Below, in pieces: positions 15,648 through 28,939 of a DNA stretch of 64,000 nt (within the stretch, counting starts at the first letter, position 1; the number at the start of each line of letters is the position of its first letter). Below the pieces are notes generated by a model, which was given only the letters and a program-made list of their open reading frames with translations, did not search any database and was not told the DNA's origin. The position numbers and the translations under genes are program-made. The stretch is from Rotaria socialis (Eukaryota), in the NCBI GenBank assembly GCA_905331295.1, contig CAJNYD010000550.1, positions 112,606 through 176,605 of the forward strand, written 5' to 3'.

Positions 15648-16569
15648 ATGTTTATTAAGATTTCTATATTTTCTATTATTTATTGTTGGTCTATAATGGC
15701 TTTATCATCGGTCAAAATACCTAAATATTTAGTTAACTATTATGGATGGTCATGGTTAGTTGAGCATAGTTTTAAGGTAGTGCCGTAACAGTCAGCTAGT
15801 TGGTTTGCAGAATTTGATTTAATCATTTTCGGTGATGGAATCTAGAAGAGTACGCACGGTGATCTTATGAAAACAAATGATATTATGAGAAATTTGATTG
15901 TTCATGGTAAACAAATATTTGGATATGTTGATCGAGGCGTTTCAACGAAAAATTCAACTGAACAAAAAATGAAGGAGGCAGTTGATGGTTAGTTAGCGAT
16001 GGGTGCGAACGTACGAATATAAATCAAAATTGAACAGTAGAGTTTTTCCTTCTTCTTCGCTATTCGATCCTTTCATAAAGGGGAATATTTTTGGATGATG
16101 CTACTTTTGACTATGGCATCACATGAGTTCGTCAATCAAATATTATTCAGTATTGTCATTCTAAAAATATGAATGCATGGAATCCTGATGATGTACTTGC
16201 TGAAGCTCATATTCAACTGAATTCAAATAAGTCGATAAATGTGCCCGTTATCAAAAACAGCTTCATGTTAAAGTGGTATGTTTAGCAACAATGACATCCA
16301 ATGATCCATTTACACAAGCATGGTTTGGTACAGCCATGCATCATTTTTGATTATTTTCAAGCAACGGATATAACATATAGTGCTAGTAATAATCAACTCG
16401 TGTATATACACCTAAGCCAAGTTCACAGTATGGAAGTCACTGGGAAAGTGATACCGCAGCGTCAAATGCAGCTAACAAGTATTTTTCATGTTCAATAGAA
16501 TCGTCGATGTTGAATATTACTGGAGATGGCGCATCATGGGGTTATGGTACATTTACTGCCAAGGGATAG
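15648..16569 (+). pseudogene. Disrupted secreted TIM-barrel glycoside hydrolase-like gene (spherulin-4/GH135- or GH114-like, bacterial type) with one intron (about 16011-16080)
   Basis: Manual translation gives signal peptide MFIKISIFSIIYCWSIMALS, then YYGW, FDLIIFGDG, HGD, IFGYVDRGV, MGAN/GIFLDDATFDYGIT*VRQ, MNAWNPDDVL, FDYFQATD and GDGASWGYGTF. In-frame stops at 15786, 15843, 15990 and 16124, plus frameshifts. Confidence 0.7.
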
Positions 16570-17995
16570 AAAGAGAGGACTGGTTAATCTTTTTGTAAAT
16601 TCATTATTCCAATGAGTAATGCATTGATGATAATCAATATTATGACATTATATTTTTGACTTCCTTCAAATCTATGAAAATATGGTGCAAATCTGTCGGT
16701 AATATCAACATCTCAAGCCTAAAGATAGATCAAAGTCGACTTTAAAATAATCGATGACTAAATTTGTCTTTTTATACGTTCTAATAGAGTTGCATATAAT
16801 TTTAGTTTCCAAAGTCCATATATATATATATATATATATATCTTTAGTTGATGTCCACATTGACTGGAATGAGTGTTGAAAGATAAGAAAATAATGTATT
16901 AGGTTAAGTATTAGAAAAATACCCAAAACTCATTCACAAAATGAAGAATTACACATCGCTATCTGTTAATCTCGTGTAGATGCATTTTGTTCATTTAATA
17001 GATAGCTTATCTATATCTCGGACTGATCTTGATGATTTACTGAGACAATTCAAAAATTATTTACTATATCCATAGCTTTCACTATAATCAGCTGGTAACT
17101 TCTAGTTCTATCAGACGTTTTTTTTTAGCCATTCATAAAATCAAAGTTGAAAATCTACCTCATTGAAGCTGGTATACGGCAGCTGAGAGAGTGAGAGAGT
17201 CTCAAAACAATGTCGCTTGAAGATGCGTGACCTAGTATTTTACGACAAGGTTGTCATTGAATCTTCTTCATCATCAAATAAAAATTTTCTTTATCTTCTA
17301 TGGCGCAGATATCTCATGGTCTATCCATTACTATAGAGTGACGATAATATCTGTTGTTGTTTTTTACATTGTAATAGGTTTCTTCGAGGTCCAAAGAATT
17401 CTTTTCCCAGATTTTGTAGCTTTTTATGTTAGTTAATATGAACTTTTAAATTATCAGAACGGATAAAAACAATACCGATTAGTTTTTCTTGAGAGAGATT
17501 TTCTACGGGTTCATTTAACAATTGAGTAGCTATACGAAGGAGTATTGATTGATAGACTCGCCCAATGCAAAATAGTTTTTATTGAAGAAAATGAAAAACT
17601 AGTTCTGGATGACTGCAACATCGTTTCTAGGCATTGTTAATAGTGTTTCTGTTTTCTGAGTTAATATAATGGCACGCGATGGCTTACGCAGAAGAGTTTG
17701 TTCAGCAATTTTAGAAATTCAATATTCAATCCTTATCTTCATACATTTCTGATGTGTTGAGTAGCGTCAACTTTCTGTATGGAAGTTTTTGTAGATTTTA
17801 GCAATTGTTATTGCTCTTCCAAATGTCAAGATATTGTTTGGTCTATATATAGTTCCCAATCTAAAGTTCAACAGAAACATTTCGTATAGAAAAATGGTCA
17901 CTTCAATCGTTTCTATTTTCCGATGGAACGATTTACATCTCTCATTGTGTTTAATAAAAAGGAAAAATTTATATTTATTAAATTGTCAGTCTTCG

Positions 17996-19261
17996 TTATG
18001 TCTGCGTACCACGTTCATGAGCGTTGATAGAAAGAATTTTCGGGTTTATTGTACTTGTTTTGGGACGCTTCATCGCTTTAAAAGACAAAAAGGTTAATTA
18101 ATAAAGAATTTTATGAATACAAACAAAAACATCATACGCGGATTATTGAGTTGAATATGAAACCTTCTTGTACGTCCTGCATTACTATATATATGATTCG
18201 GGGATACATGTGGCTGTCGATGAAACTCACGTAATATTGTTGAATCAATAGGCGATGTGACTCGATCTATACCTTCATTGTGTACAACAGGTGATGAGGG
18301 TCGCTTTCTAGCGTCCATTGGTCGTATAGTTGATGCAGCTCGATTTCGATTATCAGTTGCTTGAGTCAATGATCCAGGGTTGACTCTCGTCGATCGTTGC
18401 GGTTGTTGTTGTCCTATTGAAATGTTTTATTGGTCAAAATATTTGTCGTATTATTAAATTCTACTTACGACACCACATAAATGCATGAATCAATAGAAGA
18501 GCCGAGTCTATTGTACCGATAGCAGCAATAATTGCCGACCAATAACCTGAGAAAACAAAACGAAAATACTCGAATCAAAATTGATTTGAATAATTATTTT
18601 TTACCATAATCCAATGTTGTCGAAGGAAATTTGATATTATAAATACAATGCAAGGTAAATAGAGCTTGTAGTTGTACACAGCCGACTTGAATCACACATA
18701 ATAGAATAACAAAGAGGAGTAAACATCGTTGATAACGATACTCAACTTTGAAATTGAACGCAACGATAATAAAGATTGAAAACCATAAAATAGTCACAAG
18801 TGCCAATTGAAATGCAATAATTAGAATGGAAAATATGTTAAAACTCAAATCTAAAACATATCAATTTTCAAACAAAACAAAAACCTTCTTTAATAAACAA
18901 TTCTTACAACGAATAATAAAGAGAATAATCGATATAACGAGAAAAACAACCGATATAGTCCAAGTTAGGAACGGCCACCAAAATCCAGTTTTATCTGCAA
19001 TTGATTCAATAAAATAATCATTCAAACATCGTTTCAAATACAATCGAACTCACCTCGATGAAAATTTATAAGATAGAGTGTACCACTAGACAGAATAAAA
19101 AAGTGAATCAAATTCACTAAATAAGTTATCCATAATAATGAACCTGTACATATGCCGTAGGGTGCATTATAATTTGTTGTAGTATCAATATATCCGGTTG
19201 ATACAAAATAATCATACCAAAAGATTTGATATGTTGTATCTGTTGAATCTGTGCAACTCAT
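17996..19261 (-). CDS. Uncharacterised multi-pass membrane protein (about 5 TM) with a cytoplasmic tail, about 6 exons
   Basis: ORF fragments 19034-19261, 18861-19043, 18594-18848 and 18094-18369 join in frame through GT-AG introns of about 55-65 nt. Five hydrophobic helices. The last readable exon ends ERGTQT* at 17996. Confidence 0.65.
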
Positions 19262-22200
19262 TGACTCGGCCCTTATCAGAAAACTACTGAGATTCTATAT
19301 GCTTGAACGTTTTGACAAATTCATCGACGAAGAAAAAAAGGCATAGTTAAGATTATTTTTTGTCGACTCTAATGAGCTTCTTTTTCCTCCATGGTTGTGC
19401 TGGTTTGCAAGGAAAAAATTGGTTGTTTCTCGGCATACAATTCACCGATAGTCAAGGCTATAGTTAAATGTAAAGTAGAGCAATGCTTTTGTCGCTCAAT
19501 CATTGAATTTGACTACTTAGGAAAATGCGATTTGACGTAAATTGTTGGTTAGTAACAGATAAATTGTTTAGAATTGAAATATTTTATCCGTTGTGTTACA
19601 TTTTCCATTAGAGGCGTCTTCATAGAAACATCTAAATCGTCAATATGCTAAGGTCTAATTGATATACAAGAGACTCGCAGACAGAACGACAGTTGCAATA
19701 ATGGCCTTTGGCTTATGGACCTATTTACTGTTCAAGACGACTGATTTGTCGATGACATAAATGGAATTGATGATATGTTGCAGAATTGATATCGCCTAAT
19801 AATATTCGAAAGGGTACGTGTGACAACAGATTATCATTCGTATACGACTTAACATATGTGAAAAACTTGACACTCATTTGAATTGAAAATATAAAATAAA
19901 CTTTCACAGAAATTTTTATTTTTTTCATAACTTCTTTTGACTAAAATCATTTAAATTCGATATATTCATCCTTGAGATAACCTTTCAACCGTGCTTTAAT
20001 GATTTATAAGTTTGAATATATATATATATATATATATTTTATTATGCTTGTACATCCTCAACTTTTTGTATAGTAATGAAGTCGCCTGTATTTTGATAAA
20101 GAACGAACAGAACGAAAGAAAGAAAGAGAAGAAAAAGAAAACGATTGTAACGTAATAGAAAAAAAACAAATTTTCACCATTAGTTGTTTGTATTACAAGT
20201 TGAAAAAAAAAGGAAAAGTTTAGTGAGTGATCATTTAATCATTATAAGGTCTCATAAAGAAACATTTTGTTTTTATTGTTTACATTAATCGCTATGTTGT
20301 ATATTCTGCAGGGAACCAACTAAAGCTTAATAATATCAGAAACAATTTTTAGAATATCTGTATCTTTGTATGATATTATGTCACAAATAGACACTGAGGC
20401 AAAAATCGATTACTCATTTTTCTTTTTTTCTTGTTCTTCTTCTTCTTTTATGCTTCCCATATCGGCCATATCGTCTCAACGCTAATCGAATTATATATAT
20501 ATATATACATAAATGTTATGCGTATAAAGCCTTTTCTTTGTCTGTCTCAATCGTGCAACATATAACGATATGTTTGTTAGTAGCGCGTGTGCGCGCAAGC
20601 TGGATATTATCTATTATGCGATGTGCGGACTGGCACGATCGGCATCATCATCGTCATCATCATCCGCTGTCATAAGATCGAATGATGTTAGTAGCTCGTG
20701 TTACATTCATTAATAGTAGTCGTCGTTTTCTCTTTTTTCTTCGCGTTCTTTTTATTCGCTCGAGCCTATCTTTCTCATCCGGTCTGTCTTGCAGGTAGGA
20801 GAACAAGAAGAAAACGCTCGTTGTGTCGAACAAGAAAAAGAGAACAAATCGTCTCCTAGTTTCTCATATGCACCACCACACCACAAACAACGCCAACCCC
20901 CTCTCCGAAAAAAAAAGAAAGCGAAAGAAACATTTGACAAACAGAGTCGCGAAAAAAAAGATCCCTATTTGCTGGCAACTTCTTCATATTTCTGCTGTTG
21001 CTTCTTCTCTTGCAATGTGTTGTTGACAACAGAACGTCACAATTATACAACATATATATGTATATGTAGTCGTTTGACATTATTGATTGAATCCGTACTG
21101 ATGATGACTGTGCTTACAGTGGCGCTTACACATTCTTCACTAGTGTCCGCCAAAGAAAAAAAGTGTTTGTAAAAGAATGAATAAATGAAGAAAAAAGAAA
21201 CAAGAGAAGAAACGAAACACCAAATCAATGACAAATATTCTCAATGTTTAGAATCATATGTCTTAGGCGAATGTAATCGTTTTCTTTTTTTTGAGTTACA
21301 ATAGATGCACTTGACGGATTTGTATAGTAAACAAGTAAAAATGTGATCAAACCGAATAGAAGAAAAAAAGTCGAATGATACACGATTGACAACTTTCTTT
21401 CGTTTTCCGTTCTTTGGCAACTAAAGTATATTTTCAAATGCACAGAAGAATTGTAGTTGAACTCTTAAATGTTAACATGATCATAGTCATCAAACTGGTC
21501 TAGATTTTTTTTTTTGATTCTGTGAAAATGAGAAGAACGTAAGAGAAAGTTTGACATGGTCACCTACGCAATTGGTCATGATGTAAAGCAAGTTCGTTTA
21601 TAGTGGCATTATCGAGTTATTGCTTCATTACATCATTGTCCTTGTCTTTACATTCTTTCATTTCTTTGTTCTGTTTTTTCGTTGTCGAACATGACAGCGC
21701 CAGTTTGACTGATTGAAATTATACTAACTCAAAACAAACTACAAACAATACCGGTAAGCAATTTCCGCACTTAAACTATTTTAATTCATGATTGCAGACC
21801 CAACTAGTCCTTCCTCTTCTCTTTGTTTCCTTTTTCTTTTTATTTACATCGATTACATAATTAAAAACTGGTTGGAGGAATAGAAAAAAAGAATCTCAAC
21901 TATAATTAAGACTAAATAGTCGACCCATTCAAGCACACGTCGACATTGTTCAGCAGATCATCATTTTGTTATTTTTTGTGTTAGAAACGCAACAAAAAAA
22001 AACTGCGCCGATACTAAGACATTCCGGCTGTTTTTGCCTTTTGCACCTTCCTACAACTGGTTTTATTTGTCTATCTCGTTTTTCTCCATTCATTTTTGCC
22101 CCGCTTTCTCTTTCTTTCTCGTTGATTCTTGTATTTATTCGTGATGCTATCGATGTTGTTATTGTCATCATCGTTGCTATTACTACGCTTCGTTCGATTA

Positions 22201-23950
22201 TTTTTCTTTTTTGTTGCTCATCTTCTTACAGTTTTACCCTTCATAACAGCAACATATCCAAGAGTAGCTTTTATGTCTTTCTAATCTCCACTCAGTCCAT
22301 CATCTCACCGATAACTTGGTTTTTTGATTCTTCCGAATTTAACGTTTTGAAAAAAAGGAAAAGAATGATGCTAATACATAAATGATGATGATGAAGCGGG
22401 AGAAAGTCAACACAGCAACTTATTTTATTTTTCAACTACGAAAGAAAAAAAAGTGAATGGACCGAACAATACTTATATTCAGACAGTTGTACAATTTTGA
22501 CATTCAAAAGCATGAAAGGAAAAGTACTCTGTATTTTAAAATGCCTTGCTGAATGTGTACGAAGAATCATAAATAAAAACCTACAAAAAGAAAACACAGA
22601 CAAACATTGTTATAGGATATGCATCAATCGTGTTGTCATGATTGTTCAAATTATTTAACATATAATCATCAATAAAAATGTCATCCATTACTATAACTTC
22701 TCTTTAACTTTCAAAGAGTGATTTCAACTAAAGATTAACATATTTTTACTTGAGATGTTGAGACATGTTTAACAAATAAAGGGTCAATCATCGAACTCTA
22801 TAGGTCACTATTTTTCTCTCTCATTCAATCATGTCATATTGAAACTGTGGCGATGACCTCTGTACTCTCTATTCGCCATTTATACTCGCTCCTTATTATA
22901 CCTCACTAAATAACAATACAACGATGATGACGACGACGACCTCTCATCCTCCATCCTCGTCTTTTCGTTCTGTTTCTTTAGCTGCCCTATGCCCTATCTT
23001 CTACCTAACCATTCATATACGAGTTCAACCATAATATGTATTAAACAAATCGGCGTGTCCGCTGAGAGAAAGAGAACAATTGAAAAAATTTAGATAGAAA
23101 TATGTATATATATATATATATGAACTTAAACTGATAGTTTTTTTTGTTATTTTTTCTTTATTGATGAATATGACAACAACGCAAGAAAACGAGGTAGCTC
23201 TTGCAAGGAAGAAAATGATTTTTTTTATCGATGGAAAAAATCACTACGATCGTTTTGTGACTATTTTGCTGCTTTCTTTCACTCCTCATTTCACGTTTGT
23301 ATAGCAAGTCAAAATGCAAGAGAACAAGTGCACGTTTCCCCGCTATTTTGATGTGCAACAGCCAGCCAGAGAAGAAGAACAAGAAGAAGAATTTTTTCCT
23401 CTCTTTCTCTTCGTCGTTCGTTGATATAGGCAGACGAAGCAACGCGAACCTTTTTGATAGTTTTTGATCGATTACATTTCTTTCTTTCTTTTGCTGCTGC
23501 CCGTCGAGCAATGAAAAGAGACCAGTGACAGTGACATATCGACGCCAAGAGAAAGAGAAGTACCTATCTACAATTCGCGAATCATCGACGAGCAAGAGAA
23601 GAAGAAACATCTAACGCCACCATCATCAACACAAAAGAGAAAGACACAGATAGACGGGTTTGGCTGGTGCAAGTGATTCTTTCTCGTTTTTCTTTTTTTT
23701 TCTTCCGTTCGTTCGCTTCTCTGCTACTGCTGTACGACGTTTTGACGTATGTCTTTTTTTTCTTCTTCTCTTTCTCGTCTGTTGTGTTTCGACCAGTCGT
23801 TCTCGTCACTACATACGGACGCGATTATTACCCTTTTAGATGATTTAGTCGATTATTTTTCTTTAAAAAAAAACACACAAGGAATTGAACATTTCCAACA
23901 GGTGAATTATATCATTACAGATTTTCATTAATATTCGTCCAATTGTATCA

Positions 23951-25928
23951 ATGGATGAATGGCGAATACAACAGCATCATAGAATGGTATCAGGTGGCGT
24001 CGGTCCAATACTCAGTTATCATACAGTACATTCAAGAACTTCTCCATATCCATCACCACATCAAATGAGTGAACTAAAACAATCATATCAATATCAACAG
24101 AATTCCTCAACAGCATCTTCGAATCCTATGTCGCCTTCAAATATGGCACAATCACCAAATCCGAATGCAACACAAATGTGTGTTAAAAACGATTCAGAAG
24201 ACACAACATCGTCATCATCCTCAACATCATCATCTGATGAAGTTTCTAATACAACAACAACATCATCAAATCCTGTAAATTTTTAAATAATTTTTCTTAA
24301 TATTTATAAAACTTTAATTTTTCTTAGAATGTTTATACTCCTAATAATACAAATGTTTCATATTCACCAGCACAAATGGAACAAATTCAACATCAACAAC
24401 AACGCATGATGGCTACTAAAACCCATGGTCCCATGGTTGGCTATCATCCAGGCCAACAACAAATGATGGCAGCGCGAGCACGTTCAATGCCATATCCAAT
24501 GCCTCCACCTCAATCTCATCATCATCCTCAGCCTCATCAACATGCATCCATGTATCCGCATCCACCTAATGCAGTTTGTCAATGTAGTCAACATATGCAT
24601 ACAACTAATGGTCATTATCCGATGCATCCTTCACAACATCCAATGTATTATCAACAACAGCAGCAACAACAACAACAACAACAACAACAGCAGCAGCATG
24701 AAGCATGGTATCGATATCAACAACAGCAAGCCGCTTGGAGACAACATCAAATGCATCAACAACAACAGCAGCAGCAACAACAGCAACATTTACATCCTCA
24801 ACCGATATCTATTGAACAGAGTTACAATGCTATTTTATCTGATACAACATCTACAACAAAATTAAAAGCAACAAAAACGAAATCGAAAAAGAAACAATCA
24901 ACAACATCTTCATTAAATGAGGAGCCCATGATGAAATATCAACCAATGCCGCCAACATCACTGAATTTATCTGTGCAACAGCAACAATCACGTGTATGTA
25001 TTCCATCAACGGCAACAGCTTATTATCCATCAGTTTATTCAACATCAAATCCATATCTACCAGCCCAACAACTACCTCCAACATCATCTTCATCTATTCC
25101 ACAAGATCATCCGCTGTATGCTCAAACATCTCCAACAACTCTTTCACATCATCAATCTCAAATATTCACAAGTCCATTGAGTAATCCTGGAACACCACAT
25201 CAGATACATAGTAATGGAGAATTTAATGGTACTGCTGAATTTGGTGTACCCTATCATCATGTTGCCCCAGGTTCAGTGAATTCACTGACAGATGCTCTTT
25301 GTCCAGGTGGTGATGCAACTGATCGACAAATGACACCTGGTCCACCGGTAAAGATTCTAGTTGTTTTTTTTAAATTCAAAACAGTTTTTTAATACGGAAA
25401 TTCATTTTTTTCAATATCTAGAGTGTTGGTACACCTCGTGTTGCACCACATCAATATTCATTTCCGCATACGCCACTAACTCCTCAAACAATAAACAATC
25501 AAAATGCAAACCCTCATACACCAGTTATGATGCCACCAACACCAAATCCATTATCAGCTCCACCGACACCTCTAGCACGTCCACGTTCATCAAGTGATCA
25601 AACACAACTTCTATCAAATACAATTCAACAATATGAGCAAAATAAATCAATGAATAATGTTGATGATCTTGCTGCTTATCTTAAAGATCCGACAAATGTC
25701 TATTTAACTGATGATGTATCATCTGTAAGCTTTCTTCAAAATTCATTTACAAGAATAAAAATATTTTGTTCGTCATTTTTTTTCTAGACATTCTTCGATG
25801 ATATTGATGCACTAGCCGATACCTATTTGGGACCACAATCAAACAATCAACAACAATCTCATGTTGAGCGTAACTCAGCTGAAGATATTCTCTTGAATTT
25901 TCTTTGTTCAGATGATTTAACAGCATAA
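23951..25928 (+). CDS. Q/P/H/S-rich low-complexity protein, probable transcriptional co-activator (ZMIZ-like termini), 4 exons
   Basis: Exons at about 23951-24274, 24329-25348, 25422-25724 and 25788-25928 splice in frame. PolyQ tracts; acidic-hydrophobic C-terminus (NNVDDLAAYLKDP...FFDDIDAL...EDILLNFLCSDDLTA*). Confidence 0.8.
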
Positions 25929-26488
25929 ACTCAACAACAAAAAAAGACAATATTCTGTACGTTTCTGTGTTTTTAAAATTAGTTCTGAAAAAAGAAGAGA
26001 AAATCTGTCGTTATTGGCCTATGTATATTTTGCAATCGTTTATTTGCTTTCAAAATTTGTTTCGTTTCATAAACAAAAAAGAATTTTTTTCTGTACGCTA
26101 GTGCGTTGTTCATTGTACAAAGGAAAAAAAACGTTTATTAATTTAAAGAAGAGTTCTCTCTGTATAGTTTCTCTCTCTCTCTTAAACAAATTTCTCTCTA
26201 TCTCTGTTTTTTTTCTCTTTCTTTCTCTTTATTATTTATTGTGTATGTGCTAGAGTTTGCCTCTATCCCTATTGAAAAATTATTATTATTATATTACTTA
26301 TATCATGTTTTTGTTTTGTTCTTATTGTGAATATGATGAATTCTTTTTGTTTTTCTTTTTCTCTTCAATATTTCTTTGTTCAAGAAGAGAAAGAGAGAGA
26401 GAGACGTCGAGCAGAGCTATTTTCGTATTTAATAAAAAATAATGATGAAAGATGAACAACTGATTAGTCTAAGACATGTTTTTTTTAT

Positions 26489-27888
26489 TTATCGAAGTTT
26501 CGGTATTTGATGATCTGGTGAAACATAGAAGAGTAGAAAAATGATGCAAGAACAATATCTAAAAGAAAATAAATGATGAAGAATTTTTATCGAAGAATCT
26601 AAATGGTTACGATATCCGGAAAGTGTTTGCAACGTCGATGAAAACAAGTTCATATCTAACAACATGGTGAATACTATTGGTATGTAATGGAAAAATTATG
26701 ATGTAGAAATTTGGCCATGAAGAAAAGGACGAACTCGAAGAATTATTTTGGACAATGTTTTTTTTTTTGTTTGAAAATAAAGAAAACTAGGTCAAGAAAA
26801 AGAATGACTAGAGAAACCTACCAAAAGTAAAAGACATGTAATAGAGAATGTATAATATATCAACATTGATTTCATATTCAATTTTACTTAATCAATTGGA
26901 GAAAATAGGTCATTCATAGTTTTCAGCGAAATTCGTTTCCTTGAAATTTCGAAACCAATAAAATTGAACTAAGACTATCAAAATTTTTATCATGTGTTCA
27001 CCTTCGTCGTGAAATGGAGTACTGTAGAACAACAAAGTCTCAATCGTTTCTTGGTATGTCTAGGAAAACATTTATCATATTAATAATAAATGTAGAAATC
27101 TCCATCGAATAATATAATTAATATTTAAAATTAATAAACATCAAATTTCGATGTTTGACACAAATAAAAATCAAGTCGGGATAATAGAAAATAAATGAGG
27201 AATTGTAGGTGTTGATTTTTCTACTTATATCCTATGTTTTTCTATTTTTATCATTGAAAGATAAATCTTATGGCATGTTAAACAGATTTCATTAATATAA
27301 TTTTAGACTCGAACCCGGTTATTTGAAGATCTTTTTGTTTTCGATAAATATCAACTGTAGTATTGTTATGTTAGTTTACCATGTGATGTTTCTCAATTTA
27401 ATCAATTATTTCACCTAGAGTTGCAAGATTTTGTTTAAGAAGAAAGAGTGCATTTAAAACCGCGCCCCTTGTTTTTTTTCTCCTATGGCTTACATATTTC
27501 CATTATTTTGAGTGATTGAAAGATATTTGTCAGTTCTTTGATCGAAACGATATGAAGCATATAATTTAAAATTCTGAGAATTAAAATTTTTCGATATTTT
27601 ACCAACAAATGTTTGAATAATAATTTTATAAAATTTATATTTATCAGAAAGTTCTTGACGAATTGTTTTAGCAATATTTTGCGATAGTTGAATACTTAAA
27701 TTTAGATTATAAATTTTTTCATCAAGCTGATCAAGAATATATTTTGATACAAAATGTTTTATTTCATTTTCATCTAATCGATTTCGTTGTCGTTCAACAG
27801 TGGTTTCATAATTTGAAAATATTTTCAAATCTCGTTCATTTATTTTCCAAGGATGAGAGTCATCTATCCATGATTCAGTTATCAACAT
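26489..27888 (-). CDS. Tctex-1 family dynein light chain (TCTEX1D-like), 2 exons (27888-27494, 26558-26489)
   Basis: Fold pattern ILDQLDEKIY...LSQNIAKTIRQEL...YKIIIQTFVG...ASYRFDQRTDKYLS. A phase-2 splice supplies the expected final strand NNGNIYCSCIIFLLFY. Confidence 0.75.
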
Positions 27889-28237
27889 GCTAGAGACAAG
27901 AAATAATAAATAATAAATACAAGCGGGAATCTTTGATGAAAACATCACTGATGAAAAAATGTTGTCATATTTTTCTTTTCGAAAGAGTCCAGAAAAATAA
28001 TATTTATTCAACACTACAATATCGCTGTATTTACTTTGACTTTATAACCAAACATACCGTTTAACAAGGGTTGATAACTAGACATGAATATTTTCTCTAG
28101 CTTTTTACTTTTCTTTTTTTATTTCAAGGCTATGATAGTGAATTCTTATCTATTTCGTTTCTTATATAAGGATGCATTATTTCATAAATGGTCAATAAGA
28201 TTCTATCCGACTTGTTGTTATTTGTATTCAAAGACAA

Positions 28238-28939
28238 ATGCTCGCCATTCTTCTTCTCTGTATAGTTGGTTTTGTTGCCGCCCAACAACCTCAACCATGT
28301 GTAACACCACAACAATGGGAAGCTAACATTTTTGACTACAGTGAACCAAACAGATTCATGGTACGTGGACGATTGAGTTACGATGCTACCAATCACCGTG
28401 AACGTCTCCTTGAAGAAGTTGAAGTTGGAGATGACCGAGAATACTATGATGTCATTGCTTTGTTTGATTTACAAACCGAATTTATCTATAATTACAAAGC
28501 TCACAATTGTTCACGTCAACCATTAACTCGACCATGGCGCGATTTCGGTATTCGACCAGATGCTCGTTCATTCGGTGAAGCTTACATTGGTACATCGGCA
28601 TTACCAGGCTTAGGTTTATTAGTCACCATGTGGTAAATTTGCCTTTCTATGTTATTGTATCAAATTAGAATTGATTCTATTTCTAGGGGTACAAACCATA
28701 CAACACCCACAAACGACACTGTTCGCACATTCGGAACCTGGACATATCGAGCATGTCTTCCAGTCAGTTTTATTAGTCACAGCACTCAAATGGGTCGTAC
28801 TCAATCATCATTCTTCGATATTGTTGCTGGTATCAGTGATCCAAATGTATTCATTCCACGACCAGAATGTCTTACAGCCAAAGAATATGCTATGCGAGAC
28901 ACCCTTTTCGGTACACCCGCAAAAAAATTAAATAAATAA
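28238..28939 (+). CDS. EPDR1: Ependymin-related protein, copy 1 (2 exons)
   Basis: Signal peptide, PCVTPQQWE, YDATNHRER, NCSRQPLTRPWRDFGI, GEAYIG, CLPV and GISDPNVFIPRPEC, which form the EPDR cysteine/proline pattern. Intron at about 28633-28686. Confidence 0.93.

Noticed and set aside
15780..16130. Stop-codon reassignment or readthrough in the GH-like gene
   Set aside because: All three stop types occur together with frameshifts, and neighbouring genes use the standard code, so decay is the simpler explanation.
19700..23930. Many 60-150 aa ORFs
   Set aside because: Low-complexity K/R/F-rich translations of AG/CT-rich regulatory or UTR DNA; the same applies to 4505-5207, 12615-14922, 49394-49789 and 61977-63685.
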